A stretch of DNA of 64,000 nucleotides from NCBI GenBank assembly GCA_965153455.1, contig OZ234493.1:24418213-24482212 (forward strand), read 5' to 3'. The notes under the pieces were generated by a model. That model did not search any database. It worked only from the letters and a program-made list of their open reading frames with translations, and had not been told where the DNA came from. Of the stretch, positions 12,031-22,863 are shown piece after piece (position 1 is the first letter of the stretch; each line of letters starts with the position of its first letter). The stretch is from Sphagnum compactum. Its lineage: Eukaryota. The translations under genes and the position numbers were made by a program.

Positions 12031-15000
12031 TCATGTCCTACGTCTTTTCTTCTTTGCCGGTCTAGTGTGGAATTCTTCTATTGCTTCTTGGGCATGTTCC
12101 ATATCGGATTTGGTCACCCAAGAAGCCTCTATTGCAGATATCCTTTCCACTTAACTAGGTATTCCCGCTCTCTTCCCCTAAGTTGCCTTGACTTGAGCAC
12201 GGCCTCCACCTCAAACTCTGGTTCATTATGAACCAAGTCGGGTGGGGGCCTTGAGTTTTGCTCTCGATTAGGCCTTGAGGCATCACGGGAGACCGGCTTC
12301 AAAAGAGAGACATGAAATGTGGGATGAACTTTAAAAAATTTCGGCAATTCTAACTTATAAGTGTCGGAAAGTTTCTTTTCCAACACTTTGAATGGGCCCG
12401 CATATGAGCCCAAAAACTTATGACTTAATCCTTCGGCCAACCGGAAGTTCTTGATGTTCAACCACACTTCATCCCCTTCTTGAAATTTCACCTCTCGTCG
12501 GGACTTGTCTGCAAAATCCTTGTACCTTTGTGTGCCTTTTCCAAATTGGCCTTGACCAACTCCCACAAGCGCCGTCTTTCTTCATCAAGTTGTTGAACCA
12601 TCGGCACTTCCTCACTTGCATCACTCAGGGTGTGTCCTTGTGCTGCCCAAGTCATGGGCATAATTGGTGACTTGCCCGTCACCATTTGGAATGGGGTGGA
12701 CCCAGTTGCGAAGTGTGCCGAGTTGTTGTAACAAAACTCGGCTAACTCCAAATGATCCACCCAATCTTGTTGATCCGCCGCAACATAATTCCTTAGGAAT
12801 TGTTGGATCACCAAGTTCACCCTCTCGGTTTGTCCATCGGTTTGGGGGCGGAATGAAGTACTCGTCTTGAATTCCGACCCTATTCGCTTCCACAAGGCCC
12901 GCCAAAACTTACTCGTAAACTTCGGGTCTCGGTCCGACACTATCTCCTTTGGAAAGCCATGATGCTTGAAAATGTGGGAGAAGAACAACCTTCCCGTCTC
13001 TTGAGCCGTGGCTTCATCCTTTGTGGGAATGAAGTGTGCCATTTTGCTAAATCGATCCACCACAACCATGATGGCATCAAACCCCTTTGAAGGGGGGCAA
13101 ACTTACCATGAAGTCCATTGACACACTTTCCCACGGCCCTTCGAGAATTGGCAAAGGTTGCAACAAACCCGCTTGCTTCTTGTTGAGGGTCCGGTTTTGT
13201 TGACAAGTTAAACAAGTCTTCACATATTCTTCCGCACAATCCTTCAAGTTGAGCCAATAGTAGGACTTCTTTAGGAATGTTGTGGTGCACTTTGCACCAC
13301 CATGGCCCGCAAGCGGTCCATCATGACATTCCTTCAAAAGTGTGTCCCTTATCTTCCCTTCCGGCACATAGAGGCGATTTTGCTTGTACCACAATAATCC
13401 ATTTCGCAAATGGAAGTGGGACTTGGCTCCATTTTGGATGTTTTGCCTTATCTCCTTGGCAAAGGCATTCCGACGGCTCGCTAGTATAACTTCCTTTTGA
13501 AGTTCCGACTCTCCCACATACACCACTCTAAGTTGGTGTTTCCGGCTCAAGGCATCAGGGACTATGTTCTCCTTTCCCGGCTTGTGCCGGATGTCCACAT
13601 TGAACAAGGCCAATGTGTCTTGCCACCTTACTTGTTTTGATGACAACTTGGGTTGAGTGGAGAAGTACTTCAAGGTCACATTATCGGTCCAAACCACCAC
13701 ATCTTTGGAGCATATGTAGTGGCCCCAAGTCTTGAGACAATGTATGACCGCCCACATTTCCTTCTCGTGGGTTGGCCACCTTCTCTCCGTCTCACTCAAC
13801 TTCTTGCTTTCAAAGGCCACCGGTCTTCTTTCTTGCACTATGACACCTCCAATTGCAAAGTCGGAGGCGTCGGAATGGATTTCAAAATCCTTGTCAAAAT
13901 CGGGCAACTTCAACACCGGCGCCTTCACCAAAATGCCCTTCAATGTTTCAAAGGCTTCGTCGCATGCTTCATCCCAATCATAAGTGATGGCGAACTTCTT
14001 CAAGAGGTTTGTCAAAGGGGCTGCTATTCTCGCAAAGTTCTTTATGAACTTGCGATAATAGAAGGCCAATCCCAAAAAGGATTTCAAGGCGGGAACCGAC
14101 TTAGGCGGTTCCCAATCCAATATTGCCTTGACCTTATGATCATCCATCATCAAACCCTCTTGAGTTATCCTATGTCCAAGGAAGTCTACTTCCGTCACCC
14201 CAAATTCGCACTTCTCAAGTTTGGCATACAACTTGTTTTCCCTTAGCCTTTGGAACACCTTGCGAAGGTGCTCCGCATGCTCCTCCATGGAGCTACTATA
14301 AATCAAAATGTCGTCTATGTAGACGACCACAAAATCATTAAGCCATTCGCAGAAAATGTCATTTATGAGAGTGCAAAATGTGGCGGGTGCCTTGGTGAGC
14401 CCAAAGGGCATCACCAAAAACTCATATGAGCCATACCTTGTGCGACAAGCGGTCTTTTCTTCGTCCCCTTCCGCGATCCTTATTTGGTAATATCCTGAAC
14501 GTAGATCAATTCTACTAAAAACCTTGGCTCCCGAGAGACGATCAAATAGATCATCGATGCGAGGTAAAGGATACAAATTTTTCACCGTTGCCTTGTTGAG
14601 TGCTCTATAATCAACACACATCCTCAAAGTCCCATCCTTCTTGTGAACAAAAAGGACGGGTGCCCCATATGGTGACTTGCTTGGTTTAATATAACCTTTC
14701 GCGAGGAGTTCTTCAAGTTGAACCTTGAGTTCTTTCAACTCTTCGTGGCTCATTCTATATGGGGCCTTGGCGGGAGGTTCCACTCCCGGTATCACTTCAA
14801 TCGCATGATCAACTCGTCTTCTCGGGGGCAAGTTTTTGGGCAACTCTTCGGGCAACTCTTCGGGCATCACATCTGGAAACTCTTCCAAAACTTGCTTTAT
14901 GCACTTGGCGCAAGTCACCAACTTGGTGGCTTCCTTGGGCTCATATTCATCCAACACCCGCATGACACACATCATGCCAAAACCTCCCACGCATTCTCTT

Positions 15001-15545
15001 TCCCAAGCTTTTCCTAACATAAAGTGGATGGTTGGACCACCCACACAAGGCAACTCATGTGCCTTGACTCGCACAATCCCACTTTTAGATGGGATTCTAA
15101 CTAACCTATTGTGCCCTTCTATGAGCACATTGTTTTGGGTGATAAACTCCATCCCCAAAATGCAATCCATTCCACCCAAGGTGGAAACTAACAAGTCCAC
15201 CTTTCCTCTCCAATTTCCCAATTGGAGAGGCACTCCCTTTGCTTGTAAAGTAGTTGGATGGGGAACCCCATCCGCGAAGTGCACTTCGATGGGTGCCTTG
15301 AGCTCCTCCAAGTGGAGCTCCATCCTTTCGGTGCTTTCCCGAGTTATGAAGTTGTGTGAGGCCCTTGTGTCCAAAAGACATAAAATATCCCGCTTAGCAA
15401 TCTTCCCCTTCAAGAAGATAAGTCGATTGCATTCCGGTTGGGCTAAATTGGCATTGAGAGCAAGTACCTTAGAGCTCTCACTCCCCGGTTTGGATTTGGG
15501 ACAATCTTTGGAGTAATGCCCCACCTCGTTGCAATTAAAACATGC
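12031..15545 (-). pseudogene. pol: Gypsy pol region: zinc knuckle, protease, RT, RNase H, integrase, chromodomain
   Basis: [20 protein letters not shown] (DTG motif altered); YIDD; integrase HHCC, VVVDRFSK, SDRD, QTDGQTERVN; GPF; chromodomain FEVEAVLKSR..YLVKWKGY..EASWV ending KKKRRRT*. Frameshifts near 13083, 12535 and 12137. Confidence 0.95.
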
Positions 15546-16527
15546 TCCTTGGGTTTTGTTCCAAAATCTCCCTTGGGTTGGCTCCCTTTGAAAGGAGCCC
15601 CCTTCTTCACAAAACTCCCTTTTGGTTTGAACCCCGAGCCTTGGAATTGTTTGGCCTTATCCTTGGTTGGGCTACCTTGCCCCCGGTTCCATTCCCCCTC
15701 ATGCCTTGGTTTCTTGTGAAGGAACTTGTTGTCCTTCTTGAACCCGGATTTGTCGCTCCGCCCCACATCCGAGAAGTTCTCCACTTTCGTGATGGCCTCG
15801 GATAATGAGATGGGCCAATTCTCTTCAAGCTTTCGCTTGGCCCAAGTTGGAAGCCCCATCACAAATTGGCACACGCGGTCCAACTCATGCATGTGCCGGA
15901 TCTCAAGCATGAGCTCGGAATAAGCCCTCACATATTGCCTCAAATTTTCATTTGTGGCATTCACAAGGTCACGGAGTTTGCACCGCGAGATGTAGTCAAA
16001 ATTCCTTGGAACAAATTCTGACTCAAGGCGTTCCTTAAAGAACTCCCAAGTATACCCATGGTTCTTCCCTTCCTCTTGTCTCACCGTCCGCCACCATGTG
16101 GCGACATAGCCTTTCAAGTAGGATTGGGCAAGCTCCACGGCGGAATGTCGTCCAACCTTGGCGGCATGTATATAGTCATCCATCTCCGAAGCCAAGCATC
16201 CACAATCTTTCGGTCGCGGGCACCATCGAAGTTCCCGGGCTTGGCCGGTTGAAACCTTTCACCCTTGGCGGTCCCCGTTTTGAGGGCCGCCACCAACTCA
16301 CCAAAGTCGGGCCTATTCATCTTGAGGAGGACTTCAAGTTGCTCCGGGGTGAATAGAACCGAGCTCCGTTGTTCCTCCTCACTCTCGGGTTTCACTTCGG
16401 GCTCGTCTTGGTCCTCCCGGAAATTTGGTTCCTCCTCCCCAATTGATTCCGGCGGGGCTACTAGGTCTTCGACGTGTTCCTCGGACCTAGGCTCTGGAGC
16501 TTGCTTCCGGTTCTTCTTGGGTGCCAT
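15546..16527 (-). pseudogene. gag: Gypsy gag
   Basis: ORFs 16114-16527 and 15443-16195 join through a frameshift near 16190 (KPGNFDGARD..DAWL/EMDDY..ATWW..TWEFFKERLESEF). Confidence 0.9.
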
Positions 16528-16562
16528 CCCAAACTCCCAAGAAGTAAGTCGAGCTTCACCTT

Positions 16563-16576
16563 GAGCTCTAATACCA
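16563..16576 (-). other. Primer-binding site (tRNA-iMet type)
   Basis: TGGTATTAGAGCTC, 2 nt from the 5' LTR; one mismatch to canonical TGGTATCAGAGC. Confidence 0.88.
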
Positions 16577-16578
16577 CG

Positions 16579-17398
16579 TGACGCGCTCCTAAGTCCCTTG
16601 TTGAACCCACTTGAGGGTTCAACTATGTAGAGTTGCGGAAAGTTGGGACTTGGGGGCCGTTCCCGACTTCCAGCACTAAAGAGGGGTAGAAGGGCGTGCT
16701 AGAAGTCCCGGGATTAGACTAGGAAGAGGACAAGCGTTTCACCTACTCAAATTTGCATCAAAACTAACCCCAAGTTGGTTAGAACTCATTCTGCACCCTT
16801 TTGGTGTTGGGACAAGCCACGGGCTAACTCGGACTCACTTGACTCACCACGGCCCAGACTCGGGGTAAGCCACCACCTTCCCCCATATAGTATACTATGC
16901 GTCTCACCGCGGAGGCTACATCCGAATGGCTCTTTTTCCCGGGACTCTCAAGTTGGAGTCCCGAAATTGTCCCGGGTTGGAGTCTCGGGACTTTGGGAGC
17001 GTGTATCTCCCGGCTCTGACCTTTGATTGGAGCGAGGTCTAGACCAAAGTTGTAGCTCTCCTCGAGAGCTTTCCAACGCCATGTTGCACTCTTGAAGGCA
17101 ACGTTGGGAAGAGGTTGATTCCTGACTTTTAGTGGTCGGGAGTCAAACTGCGAGTTTGACTCCTGGCCCTTCTTTTGCCCATAACTTGGGCTGTAGATGT
17201 CCAAATTGCCAATGCGAGGGCATTTTAGACATCTACACTTCAAGACCTTTCCAATGATATAAAGAACACCACAAGGCGAGGTCTTTATGACCCCCTATAA
17301 TTGCTTCTGAGGTTTTGGGAGTCCCGAAGGACTCCAACTTCCCACTTTTGGGAGTGTGGGCTTCACCCTCACACTTAGCCCAAAGTGGGGTTGCGACA
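16579..17398 (-). repeat. 5' LTR (820 bp)
   Basis: Direct repeat of 10429-11230; PBS adjacent. Confidence 0.96.
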
Positions 17399-17403
17399 TA
17401 AGC

Positions 17404-19270
17404 CAACCCAAACAACAAGTGTATGTTTGGCAAAAGGCCCAAGTTTGCCTACCACAACCAAAAAGCTTAGAAAAGCGTAATGCATATCTAGTGCAACTTG
17501 TAAATATGAAAGGATAAGGAAAAAAAACTCACCTTTGCCACCTAGTTGGAATTATAATCTATTTGCATCACTGCAAACAATGGACGATATTATGCCATAA
17601 TTCTCTTTAAATACTCCAACATTGACATCCACATGTTTTAACATTTTTAGAAATCTTATTCCCAGGTTTGTCTCTGAGGTTTGAGCTAATTTCTAAAATT
17701 TCAAGTGCCTTTTTGGATTGTGGCTGAAATAATTATACGTGTTCATCATGAAGTTTTTGTTCTGCCCAATGAAGGTCAAATTCCCCAAGGATTGGATTAC
17801 CAAGTTTGCCCTATGGGCAACACAATGAACACCCATAAATATTGGTGCCTAGGAATCCTTGATTTGTTTTGTGATTTTTGTTTTCCTACCTTGAAACACA
17901 TTCACCTTGTTCACTCCAAAACATAATAATTTTTTTGCCAAATTTTCCTTAATTAACCCCCCACTCTTAGTAATGCATTCATTATAACTTTAATGAGGTT
18001 GTTGGGTGAAAACATGGTAAAGTATACAATTCAGTTACCTTGGTAGACTACTTGTCAAGCTAACAAGAAGTAGGACTAAAACCCATCATAAAATTATTAT
18101 ACATTAGTATTTTTATTTAAATGATGAAAAAAAGATACTTCTTCACTATTATGAATTAATTTTTAAAGTTATGTTGTAAATGTAAGTTTCAAGTAGACTT
18201 TTCTAAATGTAAGTAGCTTTTGAAGCCTACTTTTTGTAGTGTAACATTTGTTTCAAGTATGTGTCAAATATATTTTACCAAAGAGAAAATAAATTTTATT
18301 TATTTATTTTCCTTTGAATATATAATGATCTTTATGTTATAACTTCACACAGATTTATTTCATTAAATTTTCTAATGAAAAAGTATTATCGAACACCATA
18401 TTGGCGAATTAAATTCAAAAGTACTTGTTCCCTACTTTATTATTCCAAAAAATTTCAAATTTTGTAATCAACTTAATATAAACCAAATAAAAAGCACCAT
18501 CGTTTCAAAATGAAATTTAAGTAAAAAGTAAATCTACTTTCTTGTCGTCAACTGTTTTTTAATAAAATACCATGCTTTCACCTTGTTAGAATTTGATCCA
18601 CCTATCATCCTAGCAACACACACCAAAATTGGTACCCTAATCCAACAATTAACAACATAAACATGAACACATATCCACAACCCATTGTTTATGGTTGTAA
18701 TTTCATCACAAGACAAGGCAATGAATTGGGCAATTTGTATAGCTTTAAGAATGGCACTTTCAGTTTGGGTGTGCATGAATTTAGCAAATATCCAACTTGC
18801 AAAATTTGATTAGTGCATGGTTACATGTTTGGGACACCTAAATTAGCAAACAATTCATACCAAGGTCTTGTATTCCAACATTGGATGGCCATGGGTAAGA
18901 ACATGAAACAAAGTTTTGATTTGAACCATTTTTTATTACTTTCACCCATTGTTTGTTTACTTGAGTCAAAACTAACTTGGGACCCCTTAGGGCATACAAT
19001 CTCATATTTTTCAAATGGGCACAATTTGTAACAATGTAGGTCTCACCCCTTTTCACCCCAAGCCTCGACAAGTCTCACACAACAATCCTGCAACTTGCAT
19101 GTTTTGTGAGTGTATCCCACTTACACCCAACAATCTTGTCGGTGCTTTTAATTGAAGAACAAATAGTGCATTTCATGCTTTGAATAAACCCCCTTTCACT
19201 CATTAAACCTTTTGCCCATGGTGGGTTGGTTGCCCACTTTGCCTAGAACTTCTTGGTGTTATCATAAGAT
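17404..19270 (-). mobile_element. Decayed hAT-type (ZNF862-like) transposase, N-terminal and catalytic part
   Basis: IALSCDEITTINNGLWICVHVYVVNCWIRVPIL (first catalytic Asp region); GVHCVAHRANL (CxxH motif) near 17800; many stops; homologous to 60900-62300; AT-rich interruption at ~17990-18560. Confidence 0.8.
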
Positions 19271-19779
19271 TTTTTCTATTTTTTCTTAACCCCAACTACA
19301 TCTTGTTTTTTTAAAGGTAATTCAAATTGAAAAAGGTTAGATTGGGAGTTTGACCAATCCACAATCTCTTTAGGATCTACAGACTTAAAAGGGATTTCAA
19401 AAATAACATTAAAGATTTTAAGAATGACATCAAACATTACAAAACTTGAATTCGAGTTGTGCAAATTTGGTGGGCTCTGGAAATATGGTGTAAGAAGGCC
19501 TTCAAGTGGGTTGATAACAATTTCATGAAACCATGCTTCATTCATAGGTGATTTTGGGCCACTAGAAGAATTAAACAACCTAGGAAACATGTTGGAATCA
19601 TTCACAAGGCACGATGGCATGGTAAGCTTAGGGATTATAAATAAATTAAAGTATTGGAATATTAAAGAAGACATGAATGAAGTTGATTGTTGTGTGCATC
19701 AAGTTCAAATAGAAGTTTTGCAGGTTTTTGAGGTAACAATGAACATATAATGTGGATTTTACAGTATGCGTATGAACAT

Positions 19780-21330
19780 CAAACAACTACCAATAATAAT
19801 TGAAAAAGGAAATCGATAGACAATGATTAAAGGAAGAGGGAAATTGATAGACATAATTTGAAGAGGGAAATTGACAACAATTATTAGAAACACACTCAAG
19901 AAATGCATTAAAAAATTGCAACAATTAACATGGATAATCAAAAAAGGAATGTGACAAACATTGGATAGACATAAAACAAATAATGATGGAAAGGAATAAA
20001 TAGTAAAATTAAGGACATTGATTGAAAAGGGAAATCCATAGACAACAATTGAATGGAATCAACAGTATAACTTAGGAAACACATTTAAGAAATGCATTTA
20101 GGAATGAGAATAGCTAGCATGGACGATCGAAGACAAAAATTGAAATTAGATAGACATTGGACAAACATTGGACAAACACTAATTAAAGAAGGAAATTGAT
20201 AGACATTGATTGAAGGGAATTGACGGTAGTATTAGGAATGTCGCAACCCTAGCTTTGGGCTTGCGACCAAAGCGAGGGCTTGCAAGGGTGCGGGCCAAGA
20301 GGACGCTCGGGAGTCACATTTCATGCTCCCGGGAGTGCAGGAGAATGTGAGGGAATGTTCCCTCACAGTCCCAAGGGAACTCCCACTTTGGGAGTTGGAG
20401 TCCCGGTGGACTTTTGAATTTTTAGAGAGCAATTGCAGGGGACAAAACCTAATGGATTGAAGAGTTCTTCATATCATGAAAAAACTTTTAGTACGTAGAT
20501 GTCCAAAATGGGCTCACATGACCCATTTGGACACTTATAACACAAGTTATAGTCAAAAGAAGGGCCGGGAGTCAAATTGGTAGTTTTGATTCCCGACCAC
20601 CAAAAGTCAAGAATCAACCCAATTCCCTTGCATGCAGGTGGCGTGCGACATACCGTTGAAAAGCTCTCAACGAGGGCTACAATTTTGCTTTAGACCTCAT
20701 CTCAATCGAAGGTTTGCACGTAAAGTTATGGGCCTTCAAAGTCGTGAAAGTCTAAGCCGTGGGAATTTCGGGATTCCCACTTGGGAGTCCCGGGACAAAA
20801 AGCGATTTGGGTGCAGGCCTTGTGACCAGGCACGAAGTTTACTATATGGGGGAAGGTGGTGGCTTCCCCCGAATCCGAGCCGTGGTGAGTCTTGTGAGTC
20901 CAAGTTACCCGTGGCTCATCCTAGCACCAAAAGTGCTTTCACTATGCACTAACCAACTTCTTGTTTGGTTTGTGCAGATCTATGTGAGTGATTGATTACT
21001 TGTCGATTCATTCTAGTTTCATCCCAGAGCTCCAGCATGCCCTTCAACCCCCTCCAAAAGTGTTGTGAGCTAGAGAGTGTGGCCCAACTCCTTACCTTTT
21101 TGTTGTTTTCAAACCAGACTCACATTTGAGTTTCTCAAGAAGTTTGGGAGCACGTCAAGGAAGCACATTCAAGAATTGGAATAGTTGGCATGGATGATTG
21201 AAAAGGGAAATTGACATTGCATAGACACTAGGTTTAAGGGAATTGATAGTAAATGTAAAAAGCACATTCAGGAAGCGTGTTTAGGAATTGCAACATCCAT
21301 TGATGATTGAAGAGGGAAATCAACACAACC
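19780..21330. repeat. Degenerate GA-rich tandem repeat interrupted by the solo LTR
   Basis: Repeated (a/g)gggaaattga(ta)gaca and aaacac..aagaaatgcatt units on both sides of 20239-21157. Confidence 0.6.
20239..21157 (+). mobile_element. Solo LTR related to the Gypsy LTR family
   Basis: TGTCGCAACCC...GCACGTCA ends; 5-bp TSD AGGAA (20234-20238, 21158-21162); internal similarity to the reverse complement of the 16579-17398 LTR (e.g. tactatatgggggaaggtggtggctt); no PBS or PPT. Confidence 0.93.
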
Positions 21331-22232
21331 TTAAATTGCAACCCAACAAAACTCAGAGCCTACAATAGATTGGAGATAACACTTTTAAGAATCTAAAAGG
21401 TAGACAAAAATAAATTAAGGTTTTGAGGAGGATTCATGAATGTCAACCCTTGAAGTATGAACACATTATTTGTGGCTTGTTAAAGTGTTGTCAACCCCCA
21501 ACTCCAAATCACCCCCACACAATCCCAAAAAAAAACATCTTGCCTTTCTTCAAAGCTCAAATAACAATTCCATCAAGTTTGCAATGTGCACAAATCCACA
21601 AGGGTTCAACACAGAAAATGTACAAAGGTTTTACAAACTCATGAAGTTCTAAACCTAAATAGTAAAAAACCAAGTTTTGCATTGCATAATGGGATGGGAT
21701 GAAGACTTGAACTTTAGAAAAATAGCTGTTTTAATTTTCAAGGACTACAAAATGAATGAAGCTCCAACATCTTGTCATTTGCAAATGTATGCCATCTGAA
21801 TTTTGATGATCCCAATCACTAAAGAAAAGAAAATCTGGCAATACGAGTTCATGATGGTAAACAACTTTTTGATGGAAAATTTGCACTTAGTGATGTGCGA
21901 GACGACAATGGTGACAAGCATCTTGAAGCCAACTAGCTTCTCACACCAAGGCTTAAACTACTAGCCGATGATGGTGGCTAGGGTTTAGGGTACGATTGGT
22001 TGTTTCTCTCAAATAATACCCGGGCTCAATGCTTGTTTGATTGTGGACATATTCAAATACCCGAGAACCAGCGGGTATCACGAAGTTATACTGCATTTAC
22101 TGTAGATTGTATAACTACAGTATAGTCAGCGACAGCCGTATTGTATTTTGTATCACTACGGAACATGTACGTATAGTCAACAGCGCCGTTATTGTGACCG
22201 GAGACCGGATACATCGGTCGCCGCTCTGCGTC

Positions 22233-22276
<44 letters not shown>

Positions 22277-22863
22277 GAAGCCGCTGTACTCTAGCTGCCT
22301 GCGCGCACGATCGATCTCGTTAGATGCAAAGAGCTTTTGCATCGCGCTGCGAGAATCACTGGATTCTTGAGCTGCGGGAACGCCATTTACAAAGAATAGT
22401 CTCTTTGTATTGATTTACAGTTTTGCAGAAGATAGTCTGAAACGAATTTGAGTTTAGGGCTTCTAGTCTTGGTTGCATAGCTGTTTCTTCTCTGGGAGAA
22501 GAGGTTCTCGGAAGAGAGAGAGAGAGAGATCTCTTTGTGGAAGCTCGTATTTCATTTGCGATTGGGGTTTTTCTTTTTTTTTTCCCCCCTCCCATTCCAA
22601 AATGGGAGTTCTTGGACCTGTGGTGTTGTGATGAATCATGTGGTGAGTTGGAAGCTGGAAGAAGACGGGGGCAAGACAGACAGATCTGGCGTCTGATGGT
22701 TGCAAGGGACAGTTTTGGGTTTGTTTGTGTTTGTGTTTTTTTGGGGGGAGGGCGGGGGGGTTTTGTGGGTCGAGAGGGAATCACTTTGCTTGCAGGAAGG
22801 ATAGTGGGTACGTATAGAAAATAAGACATCTAGTGTTTAGGGTCGCAAACTGAGGCTGCAAGT

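Larger units (their letters stand above)
10429..17398 (-). mobile_element. Full-length Ty3/Gypsy chromovirus LTR retrotransposon (frameshifted)
   Basis: Two TG...CA LTRs; 5-bp TSD TAAGC (10424-10428, 17399-17403); PBS and PPT present; domain order gag-PR-RT-RNaseH-IN-chromodomain. Confidence 0.97.

Noticed and set aside
13653-15516. Plus-strand ORFs of 197 and 226 aa
   Set aside because: Antisense shadows of pol.
15443-15550. Programmed gag-pol frameshift
   Set aside because: The shift falls before the CCHC knuckle and is fixed by one added G; several similar 1-nt lesions occur elsewhere in the element.
18225-18241. CACTA-like end (reverse complement CACTACAAAAAG)
   Set aside because: No partner TIR or TSD found nearby.
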